From Anaeramoeba ignava BMAN (taxonomy: Eukaryota > Protista > Anaeramoebae), in assembly GCA_028826165.1 (NCBI GenBank), contig JAPDFW010000085.1, forward strand, positions 278,679 through 342,678: a stretch of DNA of 64,000 nucleotides. Direction: 5' to 3'. Each line of letters begins with the position of its first letter. Within the stretch, counting starts at the first letter, position 1. The notes under the pieces were generated by a model. That model saw only the letters and a program-made list of their open reading frames with translations. It was not told the origin of the DNA and searched no databases. This document shows positions 27,636 through 39,989 of this stretch, in pieces. The translations under genes were made by a program, and so were the position numbers.

Positions 27636-27728
27636 AAATACTTTGAAAAATTTTCATTTTCATTTTTTTTCTTTTTCTTTTTCATTTTCATTTTCTTTTT
27701 CATTTTCATTTTTTTTTCTTAAAAGAAA

Positions 27729-29393
27729 ATGTCTTTTATAAATTCTTATATTTTCTGGTCAAATTTAAATTCTTTAATACAAAAAACAGAAATATATATT
27801 CCATTGGAACAAAACAAAATAATTTCACTTCCAAACAATTTGCTAGTTCAAATTACTTCAATTATTCTTGTTTTAAATTTAGTCAAAATTATTCCACAAT
27901 TAAATCAACAAAAACTCAGATTTCTTATTAGAATTTGTTTGGCACTATCACTTTTTTTGGAAAGAACTATATATTCAGTTCCTCTTAGTTTTGTATTTGG
28001 TGTTTTTTCTTTCTCATCAAAACTAATTCTTGTTTGGTTGTTTTTACTTTTTTATCCTATTGGCAAAAAATCAATAACAAACTTTACTTTGTCTTTATTT
28101 TTAATTCAAATCCAATCACAAGTTTTTTGTGGAATCAATTTACTTTTCACTTTACCTTATTCAATAAATATTTTCATCATTTCTTTATATTACTATCCAA
28201 GAATCATCCAAATCGAACAAGAAAATCAAACTAACATAAGTAATTATCCTAACGATCAAGAAAACAGAGAAGCATATAAATTCCACGAACAATTCCAACA
28301 CCAACATTTATATCTTTTTATTGAATACTTTCGAAATACCAATTTTTTGAGATTGAACATTAACGAATTACTAAAAATCATTACAAAATCAATAAAAGAC
28401 ATCAAAAACAAGGAAAAAAACCCTTTACTGTTTGCAATATCGCTTGGGAATCTCCTTTTTTTATCGATTGATCTTGTTTCTTTGCCAAGCAAAATAACAT
28501 CAATGAATTCAATTCCAGCATTTCCTTTTGGATTGTGGATCACATTTGTCACACTGCTTTCCATCTTTGTTGCGATTGAGTATAAGGGATATCTGCAAAC
28601 ACTGCAACTCTTATATCGCACACATCCTGGGTTCTGGTTTTTTGTGGGTCTCATTTTGCTTTTTGCTACTTTCCCATTTCAACCTTTTGGATTTTTAACT
28701 CATTTACTTCTATTGTTTCAAATTGCTCCCTTTTGGTTTCACTACTTGACTCACATGCTCCCTTCAAGAATAGCTCATCAGACCAATTTCCTCCAAACAA
28801 TAAGCATTGGTCTCATCACCTTTATTCTTTTGAAAACATTTATCCAATTCGTTTCAATCCCAATTATCTCAAATATTCTTTATTCCCTCTCTTTTCTTAA
28901 TGTCACTTATTTTGTAGCTTCAAATAAAGACCGTTTTTCTTTAAGAAAAATGGAAGATCTTGAAACGAAAAAGAATTCTCTCAATTTAAATTTAAATTCA
29001 AATTCAAATTCAAATTCAAATTCAAATTCAAATTCAAACTCAAATTCAAACTCAAATGATGATAGTCATGATGAAAAACATGATGAAAAACATGATTTCC
29101 CCCAAGATTATCATCATCATCATAATCATAATCATAATGAAAATAATCATAGTGAAAATAATCATAGTGAAAATAATCATAATGAAAATCAAACCGATTT
29201 TCGCATCGAATCCACAAATGAATTCCAATCGGAAAGAAAAAAAATTCTTTTGATTTTCGGTTTCTTTTCAGGAATTCTTACTCCTATTGCAATTTTATTT
29301 AGAATATTTATTCATTATAGAACTTGGGCTGTTAGTATTTGCGCTTTATTATATGCAGAACCAATGAAAATTATTGAAGAAATTTTGAAATAG
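27729..29393 (+). CDS. Multi-pass membrane protein of unknown family with SN/His-rich loop
   Basis: 554-aa intronless ORF with many hydrophobic segments, preceded by TCATTTT elements. Confidence 0.6.
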   Translation: MSFINSYIFWSNLNSLIQKTEIYIPLEQNKIISLPNNLLVQITSIILVLNLVKIIPQLNQQKLRFLIRICLALSLFLERTIYSVPLSFVFGVFSFSSKLILVWLFLLFYPIGKKSITNFTLSLFLIQIQSQVFCGINLLFTLPYSINIFIISLYYYPRIIQIEQENQTNISNYPNDQENREAYKFHEQFQHQHLYLFIEYFRNTNFLRLNINELLKIITKSIKDIKNKEKNPLLFAISLGNLLFLSIDLVSLPSKITSMNSIPAFPFGLWITFVTLLSIFVAIEYKGYLQTLQLLYRTHPGFWFFVGLILLFATFPFQPFGFLTHLLLLFQIAPFWFHYLTHMLPSRIAHQTNFLQTISIGLITFILLKTFIQFVSIPIISNILYSLSFLNVTYFVASNKDRFSLRKMEDLETKKNSLNLNLNSNSNSNSNSNSNSNSNSNSNDDSHDEKHDEKHDFPQDYHHHHNHNHNENNHSENNHSENNHNENQTDFRIESTNEFQSERKKILLIFGFFSGILTPIAILFRIFIHYRTWAVSICALLYAEPMKIIEEILK

Positions 29394-29452
29394 GAAAAAA
29401 ATTCATTCTTTTTTTTTCATTTTTTTCTTTCATTTTTTTTCTAAATCAAAAT

Positions 29453-32143
29453 ATGAATCAAAATAACAATATTAATAATATTATTAATATAATTAAAGAA
29501 GGGTCAATTTACAGGATTTTTAAAAAACAAAAAAATCATCAATATTTAATTTTGACTTCACAAAATCTTCTTTATTTCAAACATCAACAAAAAAAGCAAA
29601 AAAAAAATATCATTTTGCAAGTCAATTTGCAAGATATTGAGTTTATAAAGCAAAATAAAAACGATTTCCAAATATCTGTTAAAGGAACAGAAATTACAAC
29701 ACGAACAAAAAATATCTCAGAATGCCAAGAATGGATTTCAAAAATTTTGATCGCAATTTCTAATTATGATAATACTAATTTATCAAAAAATAATCAATAC
29801 AAAAAAAACTACTTAAGAAATCAGTGTTCCAATTATTATCCTTCAATAATATCAACAATTTCTGAAAAATCAAAAAATTCGGAACAATTTTCATCTTCTC
29901 AAAAATTAAAAAATTTTTTCCATTCCCGAATTTTACAAAATTTGGAAAAGCAGTTTCTTAAGTTTGATTTTGAAAATACTTCCAATATTGAATTTATTGT
30001 CAAATATCAAGCTTTTATGCTTTCTCAAGAACAAAATTTAATAGAAAATCAGATGCAAGAAAAACAACTTGAAAAAATTCACCAATCAAAATTACTATTC
30101 AAAGAAAACTCTGAAAATCCCAAAACGAAAGAAAATAACAAATCAAAATTACTCAAAAAAATCAAAAAAAAAGTTATTCAAGCTAAAAAAAAACCTCAAA
30201 AAAGCAAATTTAAATTTTCCCAAAAATACAATGGATTAGAAGAATTACCAGAACTTCTTCCATCATTCTCAATTTTTGATACTCTCACATTCAATAAAAC
30301 TCATCTTGGCAAAATGCTTCCTATCATTTATACATTTACCAACTTGCAAAAACTTGTTATTATTGATTGTGGAATTGATCATATTCCAGTAGAATTTTTG
30401 GAATTTCCCTGTTTAAAACACTTGGATCTTTCACAAAATCCTATAAGAAAAATACCATGTCCCCAAAATAAAAATGTAACTATGAGAATTCTCATTTTAA
30501 ATAACTGCAAAATTACTGAAATTCCTGATCAAATTTCTCGACTTATCATTCTCGAAAATTTGTTTGCTATCAATAATTTGATTGTGAAAATTAGCCCAAA
30601 AATCAATCAGCTTGAAAATCTGAAGAGATTGGATCTCTCTTACAATATGATCAAGGATCTTCCTACGGATCTTTCTGGATTAAAAAACAGCTTGAATTTC
30701 CTTTCATTGGCTTCGAATTTAATTGAAGAATTCCCGTCTTCAATTAAACAACTTTACAATCTTCAATATTTGAATTTATGTCAAAATTTGATTGAAGATT
30801 TATCACAAATGCAAAATGCAAATTTTACAAATTTGGAATTTTTGGATCTTCATCGTAATTTTATATCTCATTTCCCTTCCTTTTTATCTTCTTTTAAAAA
30901 CATCTCAGAAATCAATTTGGAATGGAATTTTATTGATGATTTTTCTGTAGTAATTTACTCTTCTTTCCCAAAACTGACAAAACTTTTGGTTGAAAATAAT
31001 ATTGAAATTGATTTAAAAAATGATCATGAAACTAATTTAAAAAATAATATTGAATTTAATTTAAAAAATGATCTTGTTATCAAAATAATCGATTCAATCA
31101 TTAAAAAATGTTTGTTTGGGAAATTTTCCGGAAATGCAAATATTGAAAACCAATCAAATGATAGTTTTATTGATGATTCTTTTATTCTTGCAAATTTTAA
31201 ACAAAATGACAAGAAATTATCATTAAATGGCAATAATCTAACAAAAATTGACAAAATAGATTTTAGTAAAATACCATTTAATATGAATATCCAAAATGTT
31301 AAGATCAAAAACTTTCCTCATATTCTGCACATTGAATCAAATATACTCAAATTCGCAAATATTACTTCCTTGAGCTTAACCAATTGTGAAGTTTCAAAAA
31401 TACCAGAATTTCTTTGTAAATTGACGAACCTTTCATCACTCAATTTATCACATAATCCAATTATATATATCTCTTCTCATATTAAAAATCTTTCCAAATT
31501 GGAATTCATAAATCTTTCTCATTGCAGAATTTCGCGAATTGATTCAACAATTTTCTCTTTATTTCAACTCAAAATTTTAGATTTATCAAATAATTTTCTC
31601 TCAAAAATACCCAAATTTATGGCTCAGCTATCCAATCTAGAATTATTAGATTTATCCCATAATCAAATTAGAAAATTTCCTCGAATTCTCTTCGAACTAA
31701 ATTATCTTTATTCGCTTAATTTGGAACATAATCGTATTGAGGAATTTCCTCATATACACAAAATAAACAATACAATTAATTGCCTGAATCTCTCACATAA
31801 TTTTATCTCTAATATTAGTCTCAAAATCTTTTACGCAATACCTTCTTTAAAACAAATTAAAATTTCAAATAATTTGATTACTTCCATAATTGATGATCTA
31901 GTTCTAGAGAATTATCACTTTTCGAACTTGATTGAATTAGATTTTTCTTACAATTTGCTTAAAAATTTTCCTTTTAATTTCTTTCTCTTTTTGGATTCCT
32001 CTTGCATTGTTCGTTTTATTGGGAATCCATTAAATGAAGAGTTGATCTCAATTGTACAAGATCTAAAACAAAGAAAAAAATTTTTCCAATTTTATAAGAA
32101 TTTTCAAATTAAAAAGAAAAGAAAAGAAATTGGATTATTTTAA
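29453..32143 (+). CDS. PH domain + leucine-rich repeat protein
   Basis: N-terminal IIKEG...YLILT..NLLYFK...ECQEWISKI (PH). Two blocks of LxxLDLSxN repeats. Confidence 0.85.
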   Translation: MNQNNNINNIINIIKEGSIYRIFKKQKNHQYLILTSQNLLYFKHQQKKQKKNIILQVNLQDIEFIKQNKNDFQISVKGTEITTRTKNISECQEWISKILIAISNYDNTNLSKNNQYKKNYLRNQCSNYYPSIISTISEKSKNSEQFSSSQKLKNFFHSRILQNLEKQFLKFDFENTSNIEFIVKYQAFMLSQEQNLIENQMQEKQLEKIHQSKLLFKENSENPKTKENNKSKLLKKIKKKVIQAKKKPQKSKFKFSQKYNGLEELPELLPSFSIFDTLTFNKTHLGKMLPIIYTFTNLQKLVIIDCGIDHIPVEFLEFPCLKHLDLSQNPIRKIPCPQNKNVTMRILILNNCKITEIPDQISRLIILENLFAINNLIVKISPKINQLENLKRLDLSYNMIKDLPTDLSGLKNSLNFLSLASNLIEEFPSSIKQLYNLQYLNLCQNLIEDLSQMQNANFTNLEFLDLHRNFISHFPSFLSSFKNISEINLEWNFIDDFSVVIYSSFPKLTKLLVENNIEIDLKNDHETNLKNNIEFNLKNDLVIKIIDSIIKKCLFGKFSGNANIENQSNDSFIDDSFILANFKQNDKKLSLNGNNLTKIDKIDFSKIPFNMNIQNVKIKNFPHILHIESNILKFANITSLSLTNCEVSKIPEFLCKLTNLSSLNLSHNPIIYISSHIKNLSKLEFINLSHCRISRIDSTIFSLFQLKILDLSNNFLSKIPKFMAQLSNLELLDLSHNQIRKFPRILFELNYLYSLNLEHNRIEEFPHIHKINNTINCLNLSHNFISNISLKIFYAIPSLKQIKISNNLITSIIDDLVLENYHFSNLIELDFSYNLLKNFPFNFFLFLDSSCIVRFIGNPLNEELISIVQDLKQRKKFFQFYKNFQIKKKRKEIGLF

Positions 32144-32296
32144 ACTTAAATTTGTTTATAATATTATTATTATCTATAATTTATTAATTAGAAAAAAAAA
32201 AGTTTCAAAAAATAAAATGAAATTTTTTTTTGCTTTTTCATTTTTTTTTTTTTCACTTTTTCTTTTTTTTTTCTTCTCCTTTTCTTCTTTTTTTCA

Positions 32297-34565
32297 ATGA
32301 TTGCTTATTATCAAAATAATCCAAATCAACCTAAAAGAGCCAATACACAACCAAATTTTTTTACAAACACAGAACCAATTTTAAATGTAAAAATAAAAAT
32401 AAAAATTATAATAATAATAATAACGAATTTTCAAAAATTAAAAACAATAAAAAACAAATAGAGATCCTTTTTAAGAAGACCTACTTTAGAATTAGCAAGA
32501 ATTAGATTTGAAAAAAAATTAAAAAAAAATGGGAAAATTGAACAAACAAATAATATTTTCAATGAAAATGATGAAAATAAAAATTCTAATCCAAAATTAA
32601 ATTCCAAAAAGCAAGAAAATATAAATTTATTAAATAAAACATTGAGCTATTCTCATAACGAACAAAATTATTCACCAATAAGAAGTTTAACTATTGAAAG
32701 AAAACAAAAAAAGAATCAAGGTAGAAAAATAAATTAAATTGAATTACATAATTATTTCATTTTAATCCCAAATTCCTCTTTTTTTACTTTAAGATTTAAT
32801 TACTAAACAAAATGAAGTTATGAATTGGATCGAAAATTTCTTGGGAAAAAAACTTTTTCAACATTCTCCATTAGCTTTATTAAAAGAAGGAAAAATTCTT
32901 TATGAAATTATTTTCAAAATTAAAAATTCTAAAATTGGATCAAATCCTGGAAACACAAAAGAAAATATCCCAAATAAATCAATTCAATATATATCAACTT
33001 TTTTGCAAGAATGTGAATCTCTTGGAATCGCAAAAAGTGATTTGTTTACAGTTAGTGATCTAATTGAAGGAAAAAATATGTTTCAAGTATTCCACACACT
33101 TGATATACTTAAAATGCACTATCAAAAAAATTATCCTGAAAAATTGAATGAAAATTCAAGTGAGAGTTCGGATAATATAGAGCCAGAAATAGAAGCTGAT
33201 GACGAATTTGAAGATCTTAGTTTTTATTTAGAAAATCAAGAAAATGAAAATGAAAATGAAAATGAAAATTCTCAAAAAAATTTCAAAATTAATTTAAATA
33301 ATAATAAGAAAAATGGAAATGAAAATCATGAAAATGGAGATGAGAAAAAAACTAATCATGATATTGATATTGATATTGATAATGATATTGATATCGATAT
33401 CAATATCCAAGCATTTGAAACACCTTCTTTGGAAGAACCAATTCATGAATATTTTGAAGATAAAAAGAAAAAAACCAAACTTCATTCAAGAAGTTTTTCC
33501 CATCATCTTGTCCTTCAAACTCGTAAAAATAAACATCGGTTTGTGTCAAAAGCAAATCCACAAAAAGAAAGCAAAACACAGCAAAAAACCAGAAAACAAA
33601 ATATAAAAGCAAATAACCCAAATAATAAAAGATTTTCGCTTTTTCCACAACAGAAAAAAAATGTGGAAATTAATGTATATAAATTTCAACTCGAAAATTT
33701 AATCGACAAGATGAAGAATAATTTGGATTTATTAAAACATCAAGAAGATAATTCAGTGAATAAATTGAGAAAATTAGAAAAATCATTAATTGAAGATGTT
33801 GAAAACGAAAAAATTAGCAAAGTTGGAAATCGAAGATTAAAATATCATTTTAAATTTGGATATATTTACTCTTCTCGAATAAAAATTGGGAATGGAAACG
33901 ATTTAATTGAAAAAAGTATCCAAGAAAGAAAAAAAAAATGTTATCCATTTATTTATCCATTAATTTTGTTTATTTTATTATTTTTAGTTCGAATCCAAAA
34001 AGAACCAAATGATAAAAAAGAAAAATTAGATGCAATTTCACAAATTGCGGAAATCAATGAATTCACTATCAAAACATCAAAGTTACTTAATTCTATATTT
34101 AATTCCTTTTCCATGAATTTGATTTTGAAGAGTAAAGATGATGAAGATTATTTTTTCGAGCCAAAAAATGTTGAAAGCCAAGAATTACTAATAAGTAATA
34201 AGTTTGGATATTCTTCTTTAAAGCATTTCCAAAAATTTCAAGGAATTGAAGATAACCAAGAAAATTCACAACAATACCAATCCTTCCTTTACATATTTGA
34301 AATGATGGATTTTATATCAACAAAACTTTCCGAAATCAATTCCAATTTATCAAGAAAAACAATTTGGAATGATTCAATCCAAAAAGAAACAAAAACGAAA
34401 GTTTTGAAAACAATTTCTCGATATTTGCTTCGAGTTCTTTTGTATTTGAAATCCCAATTTAAAGAAGATTTTAATGATAATTTATTAAAAAATTATATTG
34501 ATTATTCAAATTATACTGGATTGATTCCAGATGAATTAATTAAAAATGTGATCTCAAAATTTTAA
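32297..34565 (+). CDS. Calponin-homology domain protein with two short 5' exons
   Basis: EVMNWIE..L, LKEGKIL, I..FL..C..LGI..SDLF.VSDL.EGKN..QV..TL (calponin/Vav-type CH). Upstream exons are joined by GT-AG introns at about 32387-32462 and 32721-32793. Confidence 0.7.
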
Positions 34566-34707
34566 ATTTTAACAAAGAGCAAACAAAAACAAGAAAACAA
34601 AACACAAACAGAAAAAATGTGAATTTATTTAAACTTGAAAAATTTTTTTTTTAAATTATTTCGCCAATTAAAAAAATAAAATGAAATTTAAGTTAATATC
34701 TTGTTTG

Positions 34708-35544
34708 TTAAACAAAAATTTTCATTCGATCATTAATTTTTGCTCGACATAAAGGACAATTAGTAACAAGCATACTACAACTGTCACAACAGCAACAATG
34801 ACGGCAAGGAAGAAAAACAACAGTTTTTGATTTATCAAAACAAACAACACATAAATCGGAATTTTTTCTTGAAATTTCATTTTGAATTAACTGAAGAGAT
34901 CTTGAGAATTCAGCTTCAAGTTCTTGCAAAAGAGTAACAGATAATTGAGAGATTTGATCTGATTTTAAGGAGAAAATTTTGGAATCCAAAAGTTTGCGAA
35001 CATTTTCATCTTTGCTCATGTCTGAATTAATAGATTGATTTGAATTTTCCGAAACTTGGAAATCATAACTGAAAGGTCCATCAAAATTAACATAAAAAAC
35101 TGCTTTATCTGAGCCACTGACAGTTGGAATTAATAAATGGTTATCGCGATAAACAATTGATTCTTTTATTAGATTTCCGTTTTTTGTGAATTGAATCAAG
35201 TTTTTGTTCAAATCAAATAAACATCCAACTGAATCACCCTTTTTGTAAGTTTCCAAATTTAGAGTTGGATTTCCTGATGAATTAAATAATCCTCCATCAT
35301 CAGAATGATATCCAACTGATTGACTTTTCCATCCCACCATATCGCGATCAGAATATCCTTTGGGTGCAAATCCTATTCCTATTATTCCATCTTTTGGTGA
35401 ATTTTCGGATATTTTTGCTTCATAATAAATTATGTTTTGTGAATTAGGTTTTGCAATGAATTGAATGATTCCTTCTTTGGATTTTGTTGTAAATTCTTCT
35501 GTACCAATTATTCCTATTTTCCTATAAATTGAACAAGATTTCAT
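34708..35544 (-). CDS. SPRY domain + C-terminal RING (C3HC4) E3 ligase
   Basis: YYE..I, IGIG, GW...SVGYHSDDG, GD.VGC, FTKNG (SPRY). CVVC..VFLPCRH..CC..C....CPLCR (RING). Confidence 0.9.
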   Translation of the reverse strand: MKSCSIYRKIGIIGTEEFTTKSKEGIIQFIAKPNSQNIIYYEAKISENSPKDGIIGIGFAPKGYSDRDMVGWKSQSVGYHSDDGGLFNSSGNPTLNLETYKKGDSVGCLFDLNKNLIQFTKNGNLIKESIVYRDNHLLIPTVSGSDKAVFYVNFDGPFSYDFQVSENSNQSINSDMSKDENVRKLLDSKIFSLKSDQISQLSVTLLQELEAEFSRSLQLIQNEISRKNSDLCVVCFDKSKTVVFLPCRHCCCCDSCSMLVTNCPLCRAKINDRMKIFV

Positions 35545-35624
35545 ATTTAAGATAAAAAAGAATGAAAAAGAAAAAAAATGATTTTCCTTTTTTTCCTTTT
35601 TTTTTTAATTTTTATTTTATTTTA

Positions 35625-37095
35625 ATTAAAAATCGGATAAATATTTATTTTAATATTTATTTTAATATTTATTTTAATATTTATTTTAATATTTATTTTA
35701 ATATTTATTTTAATATTTATTTTAATATTTATTTTAATATTTATTTTAATATTTATTTTAATATTTATTTTAATATTTATTTTTAATATTTATTTAAATA
35801 TTTATTTTAATATTTTTTTAATTTAATATTTAATTTTAATATTTATTTTTTAATATTTATTTTAATATTTATTTTAATATTTATTTTAATATTTATTTTA
35901 ATATTTATTTTAAATATTTATTTTAATATTTTCAATATTTATTTTAATATTTATTTTTCAAAAATCGGATAAAATATTTATTTTAATATTTATTTTAATA
36001 TTTATTTTAATATTTAATTTAATATTTATTTTAATATTTTATTTTTAATATTTATTTTGATATTTATTTTTAATTTATTTTTTTTTAATATTTATTTTAA
36101 TATTTATTTTTTTGATATTTTTGATATTTTTATTTTTTTTTTATTTATTAAAATATTTATTTTAATATTTGTTTTAATATTTATTTTAAATATTTAATTT
36201 AAATATTTAATTTAGTATTTATTTTGATATTTTATTTTAATATTTATTTCAAAAATCGGATAAATATTTATTTTTAATATTTATTTCAATATTTATTTTG
36301 ATATTTATTTTAATATTTATTTTTAATATTTATTTCAATATTTATTTTAATATATAATTTAATATTTATTTTAATATATATTTTAATATTTATTTTGATA
36401 TTTATTTTAATATTTATTTCAAAAATCGGATAAATATTTATTTTTGATATTTATTTTTAATATTTATTTTAAATATTTATTTTTAATTTATTTAATTTAA
36501 TATTTATTTTTCAAAAATCGGATAAATATTTTTATTTTTAATATTTATTTCAATATATATTTTTAATATTTATTTTTAATATTTAATTTTAATATTTTTA
36601 TTTTTGATATTTATTTTAATATTTATTTTAATATTTGATAAATATTTTAAAAAATTTATTTTTTTAATATTTATTTCAATATTTATTTTATTTATTTTAT
36701 TTTAATATTTATTTCAATATTTATTTTTAATATTTATTTTTAATATTTATTTTTATATTTATTTTTATTATTTATTTCAATATTTTATTTCAATATTTAT
36801 TTTAATATTTATTTTTAATATTTATTTTAATATTTATTTTAATATTTATTTTAATATTTATTTCAAAAATCGGATAAATATTTATTTTAATATTTATTTC
36901 AATATATATTTTAATATTTATTTTAATATTTAATTTAATATTTATTTTAATATTTATTTTAATATTTATTTTAATATTTATTTTAATATTTATTTTGATA
37001 TTTATTTTAATATTTATTTTAATATTTATTTTAATATTTATTTTAATATTTATTTTGATATTTATTTTAATATTTATTTTAATATTTATTTTAAA
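35625..37095. repeat. ~1.45-kb intergenic 12-mer minisatellite (AATATTTATTTT)n with six AAAATCGGATAAA motifs
   Basis: Motif at about 35629, 35962, 36252, 36422, 36514 and 36866. Confidence 0.9.
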
Positions 37096-37164
37096 AATCA
37101 ATTTTTTCATTTTTTTCAATCAATTTAATAAAAAGAAAAAGAATTAAGAAAACCAATTTATGAA

Positions 37165-38410
37165 ATGAATGGAAATGGAGCAAGAATTATTTTAATTTTT
37201 TTTATCGCAACTGGATTTGTTGGTGGACTTATTTGGCTTGCAGTTGATCAAGCTTATCTCTCAAATTTTGAAAAAATTGAATGTAAAATAATTGATAAAT
37301 ATCTTGATGTAAATAAATAATTCAAGAAATAAAGAAATATTTTTTTTTTGCTTGACAAAAAAAATTGATATCATTTTCTATTTATGTTAGTATGAAGTTT
37401 TTAAAAAAATATCTACTAATTGTAAAGGACCAACTACTTTAAATTATATTTCAAATTTTCAAGTTACTTATTCTGTAAATGGGAATGATTATGAAGAATT
37501 ATCTTGTTGGTTTGGAAAAGAATGTTTAACTTCAGAAGGAAAATCTTGCAGTGTAAATAAGTTGGAAAAAAAATATTTGATTTAAATTGAAAGAAAAGCA
37601 AAAAATAACCAAAAATTTGTTCCACTTTTTTTTTCATTTAAAAATATAATAACAAATGTAATAATAAATAGGAAAAAGCTTGTACAGGATTAAGAAAGAA
37701 TGGAGTTTGTAGAAGATATATTCATTTAGGAAAAAGTGATATTTATACTAAATTTGATATTGGAAAAAGTTATGATTGTTGGTATTGGAAAGAAGATCCA
37801 AGATATTCAACATTGAAATTACCAAGACCAAGTTATCTTTGGAGTTTATTTTTATGGATTCCTTCTTTAATATTTTGGATTTCTGTTTTATGGAGTAAGT
37901 ATTTCAAATTTGATTTTTCTTTTCAATTGATTTTAATTTTCATTTTGATTTTCAAAAAAAAAACACAAAGTATGGATTCAAAATTCTTCAAAATGTTGTA
38001 ATTCTAATTCTAATTCTAATTGTGATTGTGATTGTGATTGTGATTGTGATTGTAGTTCTGATTCTGATTGTAATTGTAATTGTAATTGTGGAAAAAATAG
38101 GAATGAAAGAGAAAATGGTTATTACAATCCTCAACCAAGAATTCTTGAAATAATTCCAAAACAAAATTCAAATCCATTTCCAATAACAAATGAAGAAGAA
38201 ATTCAAAAAGAAGAACTTGAAATGAAATATGATTATCAACCAGAATCTATAAAAGAGAATGAATTTAAAACTGATACTGATTTTAAAACTGATACTGATT
38301 TTAAAACTGATTATGAATTTAAAACTGATTATGATTCAATTAATTATGAATTTGGAAATCAAATTGAATCAACTAATTTTGATCCAAATCAAGAAAATAA
38401 AGAATTTTAA
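37165..38410 (+). CDS. 2-TM protein with Cys-rich loop, paralogue A (4 exons)
   Basis: TM1 (GFVGGLIW), EC.I.DKYLD|YEVF, SCWFGKEC, FDIGKSYDCWYWKEDP, TM2 (WSLFLWIP), Cys-rich tail. GT-AG introns at 37309-37390, 37553-37671 and 37895-37970. Confidence 0.75.
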
Positions 38411-38524
38411 ATTGAATTTTTAATTTTTTTTCATTTTTTTTTTGCCAGTTCATTTTTAAATTATTATTTCTTTAAAATAAAACAAAAAAAAAAAGCAAAA
38501 ATATAAACTAAAATTAATTAAAAA

Positions 38525-39857
38525 ATGAGAGATGGAATGAGTGATTTTATATTTTCAATTTTTGTTTTTGTTTTTCTTTCACTTGGATTTGTTGGAGCTT
38601 TAATTTGGTATGGAATTGATCAAGCTTATCTTTCAAATTTTGAAAAAATTGAATGTAAAATTGTTGATAAATATCTTGATGTAAAAATAATAAAAATCAA
38701 AATCTAAATCAAAATCAAATTCAAATTCAAAATCAAAATCAAAATCAAAATCAAAATCAAAATCAAAATCAAAATCAAAATCAAAACCAAAATCAAAATC
38801 AAAATCAAAATCAAAACCAAAATCAAAATCAAAATCAAAATTAAAATTAAAATCAAAATCAAAATCAAAATCAAAATTAAAATTATTTTAGTATGAAGTT
38901 TTTGAAAAGAAACATGGAACTTGTTTTGGAGCAACTACTTTAAATTATATTTCAAATTTTCAAGTTACTTATTCTGCAAATGGGAATGATTATGAAGAAT
39001 TATCTTGTTGGTTTGGAAAAGAATGTTTAACTTCAAAAGGAAGAACTTCAGAAGGTCAATCTTGTAAAGTAAATATTTGATTTAAATTGGAAGAAAAGCA
39101 AAAAATAACCAAAAATTTGTTCCACTTTTTTTTCATTTAAAAATATAATAACAAATATAATAATAAATAGAAAAAAGATTGTACAGAATCAAGAAAGAAT
39201 GGAGTTTGTAGAAGATATATTCATTTAGGAAAAAGTGATATTTATACTAAATTTGATATTGGAAAAAGTTATGATTGTTGGTATTGGAAAGAAGATCCAA
39301 AATATTCAACATTGAAATTACCAAGACCAAGTTATCTTTGGAGTTTATTTTTATGGATTCCTTCTGCAATATTTTGGATTTTATTTTGTTTTTGTGAGTT
39401 TAGACTTTTTTGGATTGTGAATTCAATTCAATTCTAATTTTAATTTTATTTTAAAACATAAAAAGCTTTAATTGGTAGAAGTTGTGGATATAATACAAAT
39501 TGTTGTATGAGATTCGAATTTATGAATTCCTGTAGAAAAAGAAAAAGAGAAAGAAATCAAACAAGAATTTTTTATTATAATGATGAAAATGAAAAACAAA
39601 ATTCAAATAAAAATTTAAAACCAATTCCAATAACAAATGAAGAAGAAATTCAAAAAGAAGAACTTGAAATGAAATATGATTATCAACCAGAATCTATAAA
39701 AGAGAATGAATTTAAAACTGATACTGATTTTAAAACTGATACTGATTTTAAAACTGATACTGATTTTAAAACTGATTATGATTCAATTAATTATGAATTT
39801 GGAAATCAAATTGAATCAACTAATTTTGATCCAAATCAAGAAAATAAAGAATTTTAA
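38525..39857 (+). CDS. 2-TM Cys-loop protein, paralogue B
   Basis: Same exon structure. Intron 1 at 38681-38891 is filled with (AAAATC)n. The 3' ~240 bp are nearly identical to paralogue A, including FKTDTD repeats. Confidence 0.75.
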
Positions 39858-39989
39858 ATTGAATTTTAAATGAAATTGTTTTTTTAATTGGACTAAATTT
39901 AATTGAGAATAAAAAAATTACTCAAAAAAAAAAATTTCATTTTTTCTTAATTTTTGTTTTTTTTTTTTATCATTTTAAAAAAGAAAAAC

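Noticed and set aside
35625-37095. CRISPR-like repeat-spacer array
   Set aside because: The motif is only ~13-17 nt, spacing is irregular, the intervening DNA is itself repeat, and there are no cas genes.
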